From positions 64,001 through 109,311 of the IMG/VR virus record IMGVR_UViG_3300015608_002795: a DNA stretch of 45,311 nt; one strand, written 5' to 3'. This document shows positions 1 to 10,513 of the stretch, piece after piece; within the stretch, counting starts at the first letter, position 1; each line of letters starts with the position of its first letter. Made by a program: the position numbers and the translations under genes. This DNA is from a virus. Taxonomy: Duplodnaviria; Heunggongvirae; Uroviricota; Caudoviricetes. The notes under the pieces were generated by a model. That model did not search any database. It saw only the letters and a program-made list of their open reading frames with translations, and had not been told where the DNA came from.

Positions 1-1
1 T

Positions 2-406
2 ATGGGAATTGAACAATTAAAAAAGTTTGATGAGATTGATAAAAATAGAAAAAACTCTAAAAATAAAATATCTAAAATTTTAACTAAATATGTGTCAAAC
101 TTAAGAGCTATAGAAAGTTTAGAAAAATCAGAAACCTGTTGGTTTGGAACACCATTTGTATGTGAGTCTAAAGAGCAAAAAAGAAAATTGGTTTCTTTTT
201 TAGAGGAAAATAAAATACAAACTAGAAATTACTTTGCAGGAAATATTTTATTACATCCTGGATTTAAACACTTAGATGATTTGAAAAAATATCCTAATTC
301 AAATACTGTATTAGACAAAGTATTCTTTTTAGGAGCATCACCACATTATAATGATGATGTTTTTAATTACATTGAAAAAATATTTATTGAAAAATGGGAG
401 AATTAA
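2..406 (+). CDS. rfbH: C-terminal part of a PLP-dependent DegT/DnrJ/EryC1/StrS-family enzyme, RfbH/DdhC-like (CDP-4-keto-6-deoxyglucose 3-dehydratase); 5' truncated by the window edge
   Basis: CWFGTPF, L...KIQTRNYFAGNILLHP and VFFLGASPH match the RfbH C-terminus (TRxxFAGNxxxxP). The listed Met is probably internal. Confidence 0.75.
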   Translation: MGIEQLKKFDEIDKNRKNSKNKISKILTKYVSNLRAIESLEKSETCWFGTPFVCESKEQKRKLVSFLEENKIQTRNYFAGNILLHPGFKHLDDLKKYPNSNTVLDKVFFLGASPHYNDDVFNYIEKIFIEKWEN

Positions 407-1173
407 AATTTGGTGAGTGTGCTAAGCATCCTGGTAATAATATGGTTAATTGTATTAATTGTGAAATTGAAAGGCCATTAAATATGAAATTCAAATCTAT
501 ACTAGTACTTGGTGATGGTTTACTTGGATCGGAGTTAGTTAAACTAACTAATTGGAATTACATTTCTAGAAAGAAAGATAATTTTAATGTTGATGATGTT
601 GAATCTTGGAATTTTTCTGAATATGACATCGTAGTTAATTGTATAGCGAACACAGATACATACTCAAATGATAAAGAATCACACTGGAATCTAAATTATA
701 GATATGTATATAATCTAATTCAATATTGTAATCAACATAATATAAAGCTAGTCCATATATCAACCGAGTATTTATATGCTGGATCAGTTAGAAACGCAAC
801 AGAAGAAGATGTCCCGGTACATTGTGATAATTGGTATTGTTATACAAAGCTATTAGGAGATGGAATAGTTCAACTTCTATCTAATAATTATTTAATATGT
901 AGGTGTATGCATAAACCAAATCCTCTACCTTTCAATAAATCGTGGATAGACCAAGTTGGAAATTTTGACTATGTAGAAAATATTGCCCCCTTAATTATTA
1001 AATCTATAAACAAGGATTTAAATGGAGTGTATAATATTGGAACAGAACTAAAAACAATGATTGATTTGGCTCAGAGAGGAAATCCGAATATTGAGGCAGC
1101 ATTTTCTCCAGATTATGTACCAAAGGATATATCTATGTCAATAAAAAAATTAAATATAAATTTAAATAAATGA
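394..1173 (+). CDS. RmlD-like NAD(P)-dependent sugar reductase (SDR); the catalytic domain starts at Met 484
   Basis: VLGDGLLG Rossmann motif, VVNCIANTD, LVHISTEYLY and YCYTKLLGD (YxxxK). Confidence 0.85.
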   Translation: MGELKFGECAKHPGNNMVNCINCEIERPLNMKFKSILVLGDGLLGSELVKLTNWNYISRKKDNFNVDDVESWNFSEYDIVVNCIANTDTYSNDKESHWNLNYRYVYNLIQYCNQHNIKLVHISTEYLYAGSVRNATEEDVPVHCDNWYCYTKLLGDGIVQLLSNNYLICRCMHKPNPLPFNKSWIDQVGNFDYVENIAPLIIKSINKDLNGVYNIGTELKTMIDLAQRGNPNIEAAFSPDYVPKDISMSIKKLNINLNK

Positions 1174-2396
1174 GTTACGAAATTATAAGTAAATGTCCTA
1201 TAACCGATAGCCAAGATAAAATATCATATTTTGACCTAGGTAACTTTCCTTTGGTAAATAATCTAAATACCAGTAGAGAGGAATCGATTAACTGTGAAAG
1301 ATATCCACTAAGTATTGACTTATATACCGAGTCTAAATTAACAGCATTAAGTTGCGCTGTTGATGGAGAAAAATTATTTTCTAACTATCTATTTAAATCT
1401 GAAGTCAACCGCCCATACATAGAACATTGTAAGGTTATGTTTCAATATATTGATAGTATTGTTGATGTACAAGATGATGATTTAATTGTGGATATAGGAG
1501 GTAATGATGGAACCTTATTAAATGCTTTTAAAGATTGTAAAAAGATAGTGTGGGATGTTTTAAATATCGATCCTTCTGAAAATTTAGCAAAATTAGCTGA
1601 ATCAAAAGGAATACCAACAATATGTGACTTTTTTTCTTTTGAGGTATCTGAAAAGGTGGGGAGAAAAGCAAAGGTAGTTGTATCAACAAATGTTTTTCAA
1701 CATCTTAAAGATATTAACTCTTTTACTAAAGGTGTTCATAATCTCTTAGATAAAGACAGTATATGGGTATTAGAATTTCCCTATTGGATACATGATTTAG
1801 AAACCCTACAATTCGATCAGATATATCATGAGCATGTTTATTACTACTCTATAGTTCCACTTAACCTAATGATGAGGAAACATCATTTAAGAATTGTTAG
1901 AATACAGGAACAGAAAATACACGGAGGTACATTACGATTGGTGATGGTTAGAGAAGACTCTGATATGATTTCTGATGGAACTTTAGAGAAATTTTTAGAA
2001 ACGGAAGAGAAATATGATTTAGAATATTATAAAAAGTGGGGTGCTAAAATAAAATTACATTTAAGTAAATGTAAGGATCTAATTTTAGAACTAAAATCAC
2101 AAGGTAAGAAAATAGCAGGATTTGGAGCGGCGGCAAAAGGATGTATTTTTCTTAACTCAATAGGAATAACAAATGAACAAATAGAATATATCGTAGATGA
2201 CACTGATATAAAACAGGGAAAATTTATGCCTGGAACAGGTATCGAAATTGTAAGTAGAGATTATTTACAAACACATGAGGTAGACTATTTGATAATATTA
2301 ACACACAATTTTGCGGAGTTTATTATGAAAAGTGTTAAAGACAATTTCAGTGGGAAGTTTATTACTTTTTTACCTGAATTCAAAATTTATGAATAA
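1170..2396 (+). CDS. NDP-hexose C-methyltransferase (TcaB9/Methyltransf_13+14-type architecture)
   Basis: LGNFPLVNN, VDIGGNDGTLL, NVFQH, FDQIYHEH, IHGGTLR, GFGAAAKG, VDDTDIKQGKFMPG. Confidence 0.9.
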   Translation: MSYEIISKCPITDSQDKISYFDLGNFPLVNNLNTSREESINCERYPLSIDLYTESKLTALSCAVDGEKLFSNYLFKSEVNRPYIEHCKVMFQYIDSIVDVQDDDLIVDIGGNDGTLLNAFKDCKKIVWDVLNIDPSENLAKLAESKGIPTICDFFSFEVSEKVGRKAKVVVSTNVFQHLKDINSFTKGVHNLLDKDSIWVLEFPYWIHDLETLQFDQIYHEHVYYYSIVPLNLMMRKHHLRIVRIQEQKIHGGTLRLVMVREDSDMISDGTLEKFLETEEKYDLEYYKKWGAKIKLHLSKCKDLILELKSQGKKIAGFGAAAKGCIFLNSIGITNEQIEYIVDDTDIKQGKFMPGTGIEIVSRDYLQTHEVDYLIILTHNFAEFIMKSVKDNFSGKFITFLPEFKIYE

Positions 2397-2398
2397 AA

Positions 2399-3097
2399 AT
2401 GGGACCATTAATAAGTATATGTATACCAACATATGAAATGAAAGGTAAAGGAGCAGAATTTCTGGAGTTTTCATTTACAAGAATGTTTCTTCAGACTTAT
2501 GAAAACTTTGAGGTAATTGTATCCGATCATAGTACAACACATGTAATTGAAGATGTTTGTAAAAGATGGCAAGGTAAATTAAATATTAAACATTTCTATA
2601 ATGAAGATGGGAGAGGAATGTTTCCAAATAATACTAATAATGCAATAAGACAGGCAAAGGGTGATATTATTAAAATTCTTTGTCAGGATGACTTTTTATT
2701 CGATGATAAATCATTGGAAAATCTTGTCTTTCAATTCACAAATAATGACAAATATTGGTTAGTTACTGCTTGTTGTCATACTGAAGATGGATATAATTTA
2801 TATAGACCGTTTTATCCAGTATATCATGACAACATACAATATGGTGAAAACACTATAAGCTCACCAAGTGTATTGATGTTTAAAAATGAAAATGTCATGC
2901 CATTTGATGAAAATCTATTTTGGTTAGTGGATGTCGACTATTATAAAATGCTATTTGATAGATATGGACTTCCTGGAATTTGTAATGTAATTACTGTGGT
3001 TAATAGAGAAGATGAGAGCACAAGAGTCTCCAACACAGTAACTTCTGAAGTTATGAATAAGGAGCTTCAATATGTAATTAATAAATATAAAAAATAA
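2399..3097 (+). CDS. Family 2 glycosyltransferase
   Basis: ISICIPTYE, FEVIVSDHS, NNAIRQAKGDIIKILCQDD. Confidence 0.9.
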   Translation: MGPLISICIPTYEMKGKGAEFLEFSFTRMFLQTYENFEVIVSDHSTTHVIEDVCKRWQGKLNIKHFYNEDGRGMFPNNTNNAIRQAKGDIIKILCQDDFLFDDKSLENLVFQFTNNDKYWLVTACCHTEDGYNLYRPFYPVYHDNIQYGENTISSPSVLMFKNENVMPFDENLFWLVDVDYYKMLFDRYGLPGICNVITVVNREDESTRVSNTVTSEVMNKELQYVINKYKK

Positions 3098-3104
3098 ATA
3101 AAAA

Positions 3105-4007
3105 ATGAAAATTTACGATTGCTTTCAATTCTTCAACGAATTTGATGTATTGGATATAAGACTAAGTACACTATATGATCATGTGGACTACTTTGTAATA
3201 AGTGAAACAAATAAAACACACTCAAATATGGACAAACCATATTATTTTGATGAAAATAAACATTTATTTGAAAAGTATATGGATAAAATTATTCATATAA
3301 AAGAATGCTATCCAGATGATATACTAAAGTTTAAAAAGAAGGAAGAAAGTAACCCCTACAATGATATGTATAATATCATATCTGACATTTATGATAAAGA
3401 AGAACACGAAAACGAGTTAAAGAGGTGGCCTAATTTTTGTAGAGATTACTTACAAAGAGAGTATATAAAATTGGGTTTAATCAATTGTGAAGACGATGAT
3501 TTAATTATGGTATCTGATTTGGATGAAATTTCAAACCCTGATGTTATTGACCAAATAAGAGAAGGCAATATTGTTGATAAATGTCTAATGCAAAATTGTT
3601 ATTACTACTATGTAAATATGGTTGCTCATACTAATTGGTATGGTGCTTATGTGGTAAAATATTCAAAGACAAAGGATGTCTCATTAACACATCTTAGAAA
3701 TGAGAGCAAAAGTTATGAGAGAATAGATAATGCTGGGTGGCACTTTAGCTTTGTTGGTGGACCAGATAGAGTTAGAAATAAAATACAAAGTTATTCACAC
3801 CAAGAGTTTAACAATCCATACATTTTAAATGGAATTGAGCAAAGAATTAATAATAAACAAGATCCATTTGGAAGAGGAAATCACACTTATAATAATCCAA
3901 TACAAACATTTTATTATGAAAATATGTTAGTTACAGATATGAGTGAGTGCCCAGAAAAAATGGTTAATCTTATAAAAGAAAAATATAGTTATTTAATAAG
4001 AGAATAA
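3105..4007 (+). CDS. GT17-family (MGAT3-like beta-1,4-GlcNAc transferase) glycosyltransferase
   Basis: IYDCFQFFNEFDVLDIRL, VDYFVISE, QRE, MVSDLDEI, AGWHFSF, KIQSYSHQE. Confidence 0.85.
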   Translation: MKIYDCFQFFNEFDVLDIRLSTLYDHVDYFVISETNKTHSNMDKPYYFDENKHLFEKYMDKIIHIKECYPDDILKFKKKEESNPYNDMYNIISDIYDKEEHENELKRWPNFCRDYLQREYIKLGLINCEDDDLIMVSDLDEISNPDVIDQIREGNIVDKCLMQNCYYYYVNMVAHTNWYGAYVVKYSKTKDVSLTHLRNESKSYERIDNAGWHFSFVGGPDRVRNKIQSYSHQEFNNPYILNGIEQRINNKQDPFGRGNHTYNNPIQTFYYENMLVTDMSECPEKMVNLIKEKYSYLIRE

Positions 4008-4008
4008 T

Positions 4009-4986
4009 ATGAATTTATTAGACCCAACATACATAAGAGATATATGTGACTATTCATTTGGGGATCACCCTGGATTAGGATTATTTGGTGGATATATGAA
4101 ACCAGCTAATATTAATAACCAAGAGTTTATGAATAAGTACAGAGATATTGTCGGTAAGAAATCCTACATGACCTTGTTCATTGATAGTATCCGACTTTAT
4201 AATAGATCAGGTATAAAATATTCGGCTGTGGAACTCGTTAATGAAGAATCTAGAAGATACAAGGACAAAGTCGTGGTTGAATATTTTAGAGAAAATGACT
4301 TATTAGATTTATGCTCTAAGCTACCTGATATGAAGTTTGTTATATTTTCATTTTTTGATGATACACCAATTGATGAGTTTATTTTTGATAAAATACCAGA
4401 GAATGTTGTCGGTGTTTATGCGGCAAATGCAATCTCATTTGGAGGCAAAGTAACACCTGTCCCATATGGAATTCAACGAAAGTTGTATCCATGGGATAAC
4501 AGACATGATATATTATCAACGTTCATTAATCAAGAATATCCACCAACTAAATTACTATATATGAGTCATAATGTTGGACATAATCCAAATCGAATTAAAA
4601 TAAATGAATATTTTTCAGATAAACCTTGGGCTACAATTAAAAATCCAGCCGGAACTAATGAATATGTAAATTATTTATTAGATATTAAAAATCATAAGTT
4701 CATGATTTGTCCTGACGGAAACGCTATTGGATGTGAATGTCACAGAGATTGGGAAGTATTATATATGAGAAGAGTTCCTGTTGTTATCCGTTCGAAGTAT
4801 TTAGAGAAAATATTTGAAGGATTTCCTGTACTTATGGTTAACGATTTTACGGAGGTAACTGCGGAATTATTAGAAAATAATGATCATTTATATCAACAGG
4901 CACTGAATTTAGATATGTCTAAATTAGATATCAAGGTAATATATGATAATATCATATCTGAAGTAGAAGAAAAAATTAAAAATTAA
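4009..4986 (+). CDS. Exostosin/GT47-like putative glycosyltransferase
   Basis: KFMICPDGNAIGCECHRDWEVLYMRRVPVV resembles the KFxxxPxGNGxDCHRxWEAL...GxIPI motif. Confidence 0.65.
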   Translation: MNLLDPTYIRDICDYSFGDHPGLGLFGGYMKPANINNQEFMNKYRDIVGKKSYMTLFIDSIRLYNRSGIKYSAVELVNEESRRYKDKVVVEYFRENDLLDLCSKLPDMKFVIFSFFDDTPIDEFIFDKIPENVVGVYAANAISFGGKVTPVPYGIQRKLYPWDNRHDILSTFINQEYPPTKLLYMSHNVGHNPNRIKINEYFSDKPWATIKNPAGTNEYVNYLLDIKNHKFMICPDGNAIGCECHRDWEVLYMRRVPVVIRSKYLEKIFEGFPVLMVNDFTEVTAELLENNDHLYQQALNLDMSKLDIKVIYDNIISEVEEKIKN

Positions 4987-4987
4987 A

Positions 4988-5596
4988 ATGATAATAGATT
5001 ACAAAAAAGTAAGGAGTATAAGTACTGAATCATACAAAAAGGACTTTAACTATGATGGATATACTGCACCATTAGACAATACTCATCAGTTTGCTGATGA
5101 GAGAGGAAATAATGGTGAACATTATAAGTTGTTAACATACCTATCAAATATGTTTGACGGAATTACAATATTAGATGTTGGTACAAATTGGGGAGATTCT
5201 GCTATTTCTTTATCACAAAATAAAAATAATAAAGTAATATCCTATGATATTATGCATATATGGAACTTTCCATTTGCTAAAGACTATACAAATTTAGAAT
5301 TTAAATTAATGGATATCAATGATGAGGATCCAGAGATAATTAAGTCAGCTAAATTAATATTCTTTGATATTGCTCATGACGGTGTTCAGGAACAAAAATT
5401 TACTGATATGCTGGAGAGAATAGGATATAAAGGATATGTTCTTTGTGATGATATAAACCTACCATGGGCACCATGGATGAAAGTTTGGTGGGACGGATTG
5501 CAAGTAGAAAAATACGACATAACCGACATTGGTCATACTTGGGGAACTGGATTACTTAATTATTACCAAGATGGTAATATACAAATAATTAAATAA
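4988..5596 (+). CDS. Class I SAM-dependent methyltransferase (Methyltransf_24-like)
   Basis: ILDVGTNWGDSA, IFFDIAHDG, VLCDDI. Confidence 0.75.
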   Translation: MIIDYKKVRSISTESYKKDFNYDGYTAPLDNTHQFADERGNNGEHYKLLTYLSNMFDGITILDVGTNWGDSAISLSQNKNNKVISYDIMHIWNFPFAKDYTNLEFKLMDINDEDPEIIKSAKLIFFDIAHDGVQEQKFTDMLERIGYKGYVLCDDINLPWAPWMKVWWDGLQVEKYDITDIGHTWGTGLLNYYQDGNIQIIK

Positions 5597-5597
5597 G

Positions 5598-6254
5598 ATG
5601 ATAGATTTAAAAAATGTAACGATAGTTTCTGTAGCTTGTTTGCGAGTACCGGAAACAATTAAAGCGATACATAAATCAATGTATGGTATAAATTTTGGTG
5701 CATCCAAGTTATTGACATCTGAAGATTTTACAGATGATACTATTGAGATTATTAAGATTGATAGATTGGATTACGAAAATTATAATAGATTTGTAGTTTT
5801 TGAACTCTATAAGTACATAGATACTGATTATGTATTAATTGTTCAAGATGATGGATATGTAATTAATCCTGAGATGTGGAGAGATGAATTCTTTAACTAT
5901 GACTATATAGGAGCACCTTGGATGTTACCACCACCAAACGATTCTGTAAGTTTTAGAGATCCGTTTGGTAATATAATGAGAGTTGGTAATGGCGGTTTTT
6001 CGTTTAGAACTAAAAAACTATTAGAAATGCCGACTAAATTAAACTTAGAATGGAGATCATATTATGGTTATTTTAATGAGGATGGATTTTTTACCTGCCA
6101 CAACAGACATTTAATTGAAGCTCAAGGATGTGTATATGCTCCAATTGATGTGGCTAAATACTTCTCACACGAAGCAGAAATACCTGAAATACAGGGAATA
6201 ACTCCTTTTGGATTTCATGGAAAATGGTCAAAGTATAATGTAAATAATGAATAG
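5598..6254 (+). CDS. DUF5672-like putative glycosyltransferase (copy 1)
   Basis: LIVQDDGYV, YDYIGAPW, VGNGGFSFR, NEDGFF, AKYFSHE, PFGFHG. Confidence 0.8.
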   Translation: MIDLKNVTIVSVACLRVPETIKAIHKSMYGINFGASKLLTSEDFTDDTIEIIKIDRLDYENYNRFVVFELYKYIDTDYVLIVQDDGYVINPEMWRDEFFNYDYIGAPWMLPPPNDSVSFRDPFGNIMRVGNGGFSFRTKKLLEMPTKLNLEWRSYYGYFNEDGFFTCHNRHLIEAQGCVYAPIDVAKYFSHEAEIPEIQGITPFGFHGKWSKYNVNNE

Positions 6255-6939
6255 TCCATTTTTTGTAATAACCGATTATAATCACCTAACACAAGATTTA
6301 TCTCAATCATGGGTATCAAAATATGCAAAAGATTACTTAATCTATGATAGAGCAGATAGATGGGAAGAAACTGATAAAATAAAAAAGCAAATAAACGTAG
6401 GTGAGAATATTTATGATATGGCTGATTTTATAGTTAACAACTATCATAACTTACCTGAGATAATGGTTTTTGTAAAAGCAGATGTTATCCCAAGACATTG
6501 TGGTGAAGAAAAATTTGAAAAGATAATTAAAAATAATTTCTATACACCAATAGAAAATTATATAAGAACAACTCCATTATACACTCCGGGATCATATGCA
6601 TACGTGGATGAGAGTGATGGTTATTGGGAAAATATTTTTGAGGTGGATTATTTATTACAAGTAGTACATCCCGGAAAATACTTTCACAGATTTAGAGATT
6701 TTTTTAATGAAGTGTTCGAAAACGCAAATTTTGGAACACACATAAGATTTACACCAGGAGGATGTCATTTAATAACAAAAAAAGATGTATTAAAATATAA
6801 TAAGGAATTCTACGAATTAATTAAAAAAATCACCTCATGGGATATAAGACCGGGTGAAGTATTTATTTTAGAAAGGGGCATCTATACTATTTTCAATAAT
6901 AACTTTATTATTAAAGATAAATATAAAAATAAAAACTAA
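6247..6939 (+). CDS. DUF3431-like protein associated with glycan clusters
   Basis: YLIYDR, NVGEN...FIVNNYHNLPEIMVF, FTPGG..LITKK, LERG resemble the DUF3431 pattern. Confidence 0.55.
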   Translation: MNSPFFVITDYNHLTQDLSQSWVSKYAKDYLIYDRADRWEETDKIKKQINVGENIYDMADFIVNNYHNLPEIMVFVKADVIPRHCGEEKFEKIIKNNFYTPIENYIRTTPLYTPGSYAYVDESDGYWENIFEVDYLLQVVHPGKYFHRFRDFFNEVFENANFGTHIRFTPGGCHLITKKDVLKYNKEFYELIKKITSWDIRPGEVFILERGIYTIFNNNFIIKDKYKNKN

Positions 6940-6940
6940 T

Positions 6941-7870
6941 ATGTTAACAGCAAATTTAACTGGTAACTTAGGTAATCATATGTGGAACTATGTCATATGT
7001 AGACTTGTTGCTGAACAACTAGGTTATGAGTGGGGAGTAAATCCGACCCCATCACATGATTATTTACACGGACAAAGTCAAATGTACTTCATGAATATTG
7101 ATTATGGAAAGGAGGTTAAAATAATCGGACAGAATTCTATGGGATTAGCTATGTTTGAAGGAGTTCCAAATGAATATTATGATGAATTAAAAGTACACAA
7201 TACACCAACTGATAGTTGTTGTATTAACATGTATGATCCAAATGTATTTAATATACAAGATAATACAATGGTTCATATTAAATCACAATCAGAAGACTAT
7301 CTAATAGATAGAAGAGAAGACGTATTACAATGGTTCAGTTTTAAAGATGAATATGTTGATAAGTATAAACAAATGTTAGTTGAAAAAGGACTAACACTTG
7401 ATGATAATCTATGTGTTATAAACTTTAGGGGTGGTGAATGGAATTCTGTTCCAAATCTAATAGCATCCCCAAAATACTGGAGAGATTGTATGGATCATAT
7501 GTTATCAATAAATCCTCAAATTAAATTTATAATAATAACAGATGATACTGCTACTGCTCAAAGGTATATACCAGGTGTTCCATGTTTTCATGTTGAAATA
7601 GGTTTTGACTTCTATGTTGTTAGAAACTCTAAATACCTAATACTAGCAAATTCTTCTTTTAGTTGGTGGGGTGGATGGTTAAATCAAAGTGCTAAACTAA
7701 TATTAGGTCCTAAATATTGGGGAAGGTCTAACTTAAGTAATGGATATTGGTCTTTAGGTGATTTGTACTCCCGATTTTTTAAATATATGGATAGGGACGG
7801 AAATATATCAGATTTTGAAACCTGTAAGAGTGAAGCTTTGAATTTTTACAAAAATAACGGGTTGATTTAA
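6941..7870 (+). CDS. GT11 alpha-1,2-fucosyltransferase-like (copy 1)
   Basis: GNLGNHMW, INFRGGE (HxRxGD position), IITDD, LILANSSFSWWGGWL. Confidence 0.9.
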   Translation: MLTANLTGNLGNHMWNYVICRLVAEQLGYEWGVNPTPSHDYLHGQSQMYFMNIDYGKEVKIIGQNSMGLAMFEGVPNEYYDELKVHNTPTDSCCINMYDPNVFNIQDNTMVHIKSQSEDYLIDRREDVLQWFSFKDEYVDKYKQMLVEKGLTLDDNLCVINFRGGEWNSVPNLIASPKYWRDCMDHMLSINPQIKFIIITDDTATAQRYIPGVPCFHVEIGFDFYVVRNSKYLILANSSFSWWGGWLNQSAKLILGPKYWGRSNLSNGYWSLGDLYSRFFKYMDRDGNISDFETCKSEALNFYKNNGLI

Positions 7871-7925
7871 GCTACTTAAAAAACAATGATTAAGTATTTT
7901 AATAGAATATAAAAAATAGATCAAG

Positions 7926-10496
7926 ATGAAAAAAATAGTTATAACAGGAGGAATTGGTTACATAGGTACTGAGTTATGTAAAATATATTCAGGTGAAGCT
8001 AGATATAAAGAAATAGTTGTAATGGATTCCAGATTTGTATCCGAGAGAGTTACTCAAATAACTGACTGGGGTATGAAGTTTATTCATGGTAGCATCTTAA
8101 ATGACAAATTAATGGAAGATGTCTTAAAGGACGCAGATTTAGTTTATCATTTAGCTGGTGTTACTGATGTTGCTTATACTAAAACACAATCTAATGTAGA
8201 AAAAGATAAAGAAATCAGAGAGTATGGTATAAACGGAACTAGAAATGTTATTAAATATGTTCCCAAACATTGTAGAATTCTATTCCCATCTACACACGTT
8301 GTATATGAAGGATTGAGTGAAACTAAATTTGACATCGAAGAATCTTTTGAAACTAGTCCTGTATTAACCTATTCAACTGGTAAGGTTCAATCTGAAATTG
8401 ATTTACAAAATTCAGATTTAAATTATGTTATCGTAAGACTTGGATCTGTTTATGGGTATTCTACCGATACAATGAGGATAAACATCATGCCTAATCTTTT
8501 TTCTAAAATTGCGTCACAAAATGGAACAATTAGTTTGTTCTCTGGTGGTGTTCAATATAAAAGTTTAGTCAATCTAATAGACGTTGTAAGAGCAATGAAA
8601 TTTTTGGGAGAATCAGAAATATCAAGAGAAACTTTTCATTTAACAAATGAAAATATGACTATTAAAGAGGTTGCTAACCTATGTAAAAAATTTAATCCTA
8701 ATGTTAATATAATTGAAACAAGTGATGAAATTCCAAACCTTGGATATACACTATCAAATAAAAAATTATTATCCACCGGATTTAAATTTCTTTATAATAT
8801 CGAAAGTAGTATTAAAGAAATGATTGAAAAATGGACACTAAAGCAACATCCAGAAGATTTAGAATATATTATACGAGGTAGTAAAGAATATATTGATGCT
8901 AGAGGTAAAATTTCTAATTTTGAATTAACAGAGCCAATTAATTTAATTGGATACATTGAGTCAAAAGCAGGATCTGTTAGAGCTAATCATTATCATCCAA
9001 TACAGGAGCAAAAATGTTTATTAATAACTGGTAAATATATTAGCGTAACAAAAGATCTTTCTGTTCCAAATGCTGAAATAGAAACTAGAATTATCAAAGC
9101 TGGTGACTTATCTGTAATTAGGCCGAATGTTGCACATACTATGGTATTTTTAGAGGATTCTATTTTCCTAAATTTAGTTAGAGGAGAAAGAGAGCATGAA
9201 AACTATGGAATTACACATACGATACCTTATGTGCTGGTTGATGAAGATTTTAGAAAAAATCTAATTCAAAACTATAAGACAGAATGTAGAGCATGTGGAA
9301 ATGATGATCTTACAGATATTGTTTCTTTAGGTATGTCCCCATTAGCCAATAATCTACTAGATAGTTTAGATGAAAAAGCAGAACTATTTCCTTTAGAAAT
9401 AAAGCATTGTGAAAAATGTCATAATGTCCAGTTGTCATATGTTGTTCCTCCTGGAAAGATGTTTGATAATTACCTATATGTTTCTTCAACTGCAGCTTCT
9501 TTTAGAAAACACTTTGAATTAGCGGCGGATCAATATATTAAAGAATTTAATCTAAATCAAAACTCATTAGTTGTTGATATTGGAAGTAATGATGGTATAT
9601 TTCTTAAACCATTGAAGGAAAAAGGAGTGAAAGTTGTTGGTGTTGAGCCAGCTAAAAACGTGGCTAAAATTGCTAACGACAATGGTGTCGAGACCATTAA
9701 TGCGTATTTTGATGAGGACTCTGTAGTTAGAATCACAGGAAAATACGGAAAAGCTGATTTGATTACAGCATCTAACGTATTTGCTCACTCAGACGTTTTA
9801 ATTGATATTACAAAAAATGCTTTCTCTTTATTAAAGGAGGACGGTAGTTTTATTGTTGAAGTGCAATATCTTTTGGATACTATTAAGGATATGACATTTG
9901 ATAATATTTATCATGAGCATGTTAATTATTGGTCAGTTACTTCTATAAATAATTTCTTTAAAAACTTAGGATTATGTGTTTATAAAGTAGAGCACATAAA
10001 TACACACGGCGGGTCAATTAGAGTATTTATTAAGAAAAATAAATCAAACATAGAGAAAAGTATTGACTTATTTTTAAGTCAAGAGAAAGAAGTAGGAATG
10101 ACAGATCATGATATCTATAAAAAGTTTGCACAGAAATTAAAAGTCATAAAAGAAAATGTAAATTCTAATATAAATATATTGAAGTCTAAATTTGGTAAAA
10201 TTGCAGCGTATGGTTCGCCTGCGAAAGCAACAACCGCACTTAATTACTTTGGAATAGACAATAATATTATTGAATACACAATTGAGGATAATAATTTAAA
10301 AGTTGGTAAAATTATACCAGGAGTAAATATACCAATTAGAAGTAAGGACTATTGCTTTGAAAATTTACCTAATGTTATAATTGTATTAGCTTGGAATTTT
10401 TTTGAAGATATTAAAAGAAATAATAAGGAATTAATAGACTGTGGTGTGATATTTATGTCTATTAAAGATTTACAAAATGGTACTATAAACGTATAA
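7926..10496 (+). CDS. Three-domain fusion: NAD-dependent epimerase/dehydratase + cupin (sugar epimerase/isomerase-like) + NDP-hexose C-methyltransferase
   Basis: ITGGIGYIG and YSTGK (SDR); DARGKI, VRANHYHPIQEQ and AHTMVFLED (cupin); CRACG, LGMSPLANN, CEKCHNVQL, VDIGSNDG, IYHEH, THGGSIR and YGSPAKA (C-MTase). Confidence 0.9.
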   Translation: MKKIVITGGIGYIGTELCKIYSGEARYKEIVVMDSRFVSERVTQITDWGMKFIHGSILNDKLMEDVLKDADLVYHLAGVTDVAYTKTQSNVEKDKEIREYGINGTRNVIKYVPKHCRILFPSTHVVYEGLSETKFDIEESFETSPVLTYSTGKVQSEIDLQNSDLNYVIVRLGSVYGYSTDTMRINIMPNLFSKIASQNGTISLFSGGVQYKSLVNLIDVVRAMKFLGESEISRETFHLTNENMTIKEVANLCKKFNPNVNIIETSDEIPNLGYTLSNKKLLSTGFKFLYNIESSIKEMIEKWTLKQHPEDLEYIIRGSKEYIDARGKISNFELTEPINLIGYIESKAGSVRANHYHPIQEQKCLLITGKYISVTKDLSVPNAEIETRIIKAGDLSVIRPNVAHTMVFLEDSIFLNLVRGEREHENYGITHTIPYVLVDEDFRKNLIQNYKTECRACGNDDLTDIVSLGMSPLANNLLDSLDEKAELFPLEIKHCEKCHNVQLSYVVPPGKMFDNYLYVSSTAASFRKHFELAADQYIKEFNLNQNSLVVDIGSNDGIFLKPLKEKGVKVVGVEPAKNVAKIANDNGVETINAYFDEDSVVRITGKYGKADLITASNVFAHSDVLIDITKNAFSLLKEDGSFIVEVQYLLDTIKDMTFDNIYHEHVNYWSVTSINNFFKNLGLCVYKVEHINTHGGSIRVFIKKNKSNIEKSIDLFLSQEKEVGMTDHDIYKKFAQKLKVIKENVNSNINILKSKFGKIAAYGSPAKATTALNYFGIDNNIIEYTIEDNNLKVGKIIPGVNIPIRSKDYCFENLPNVIIVLAWNFFEDIKRNNKELIDCGVIFMSIKDLQNGTINV

Positions 10497-10513
10497 AAAT
10501 AAAATAAAAAAAC

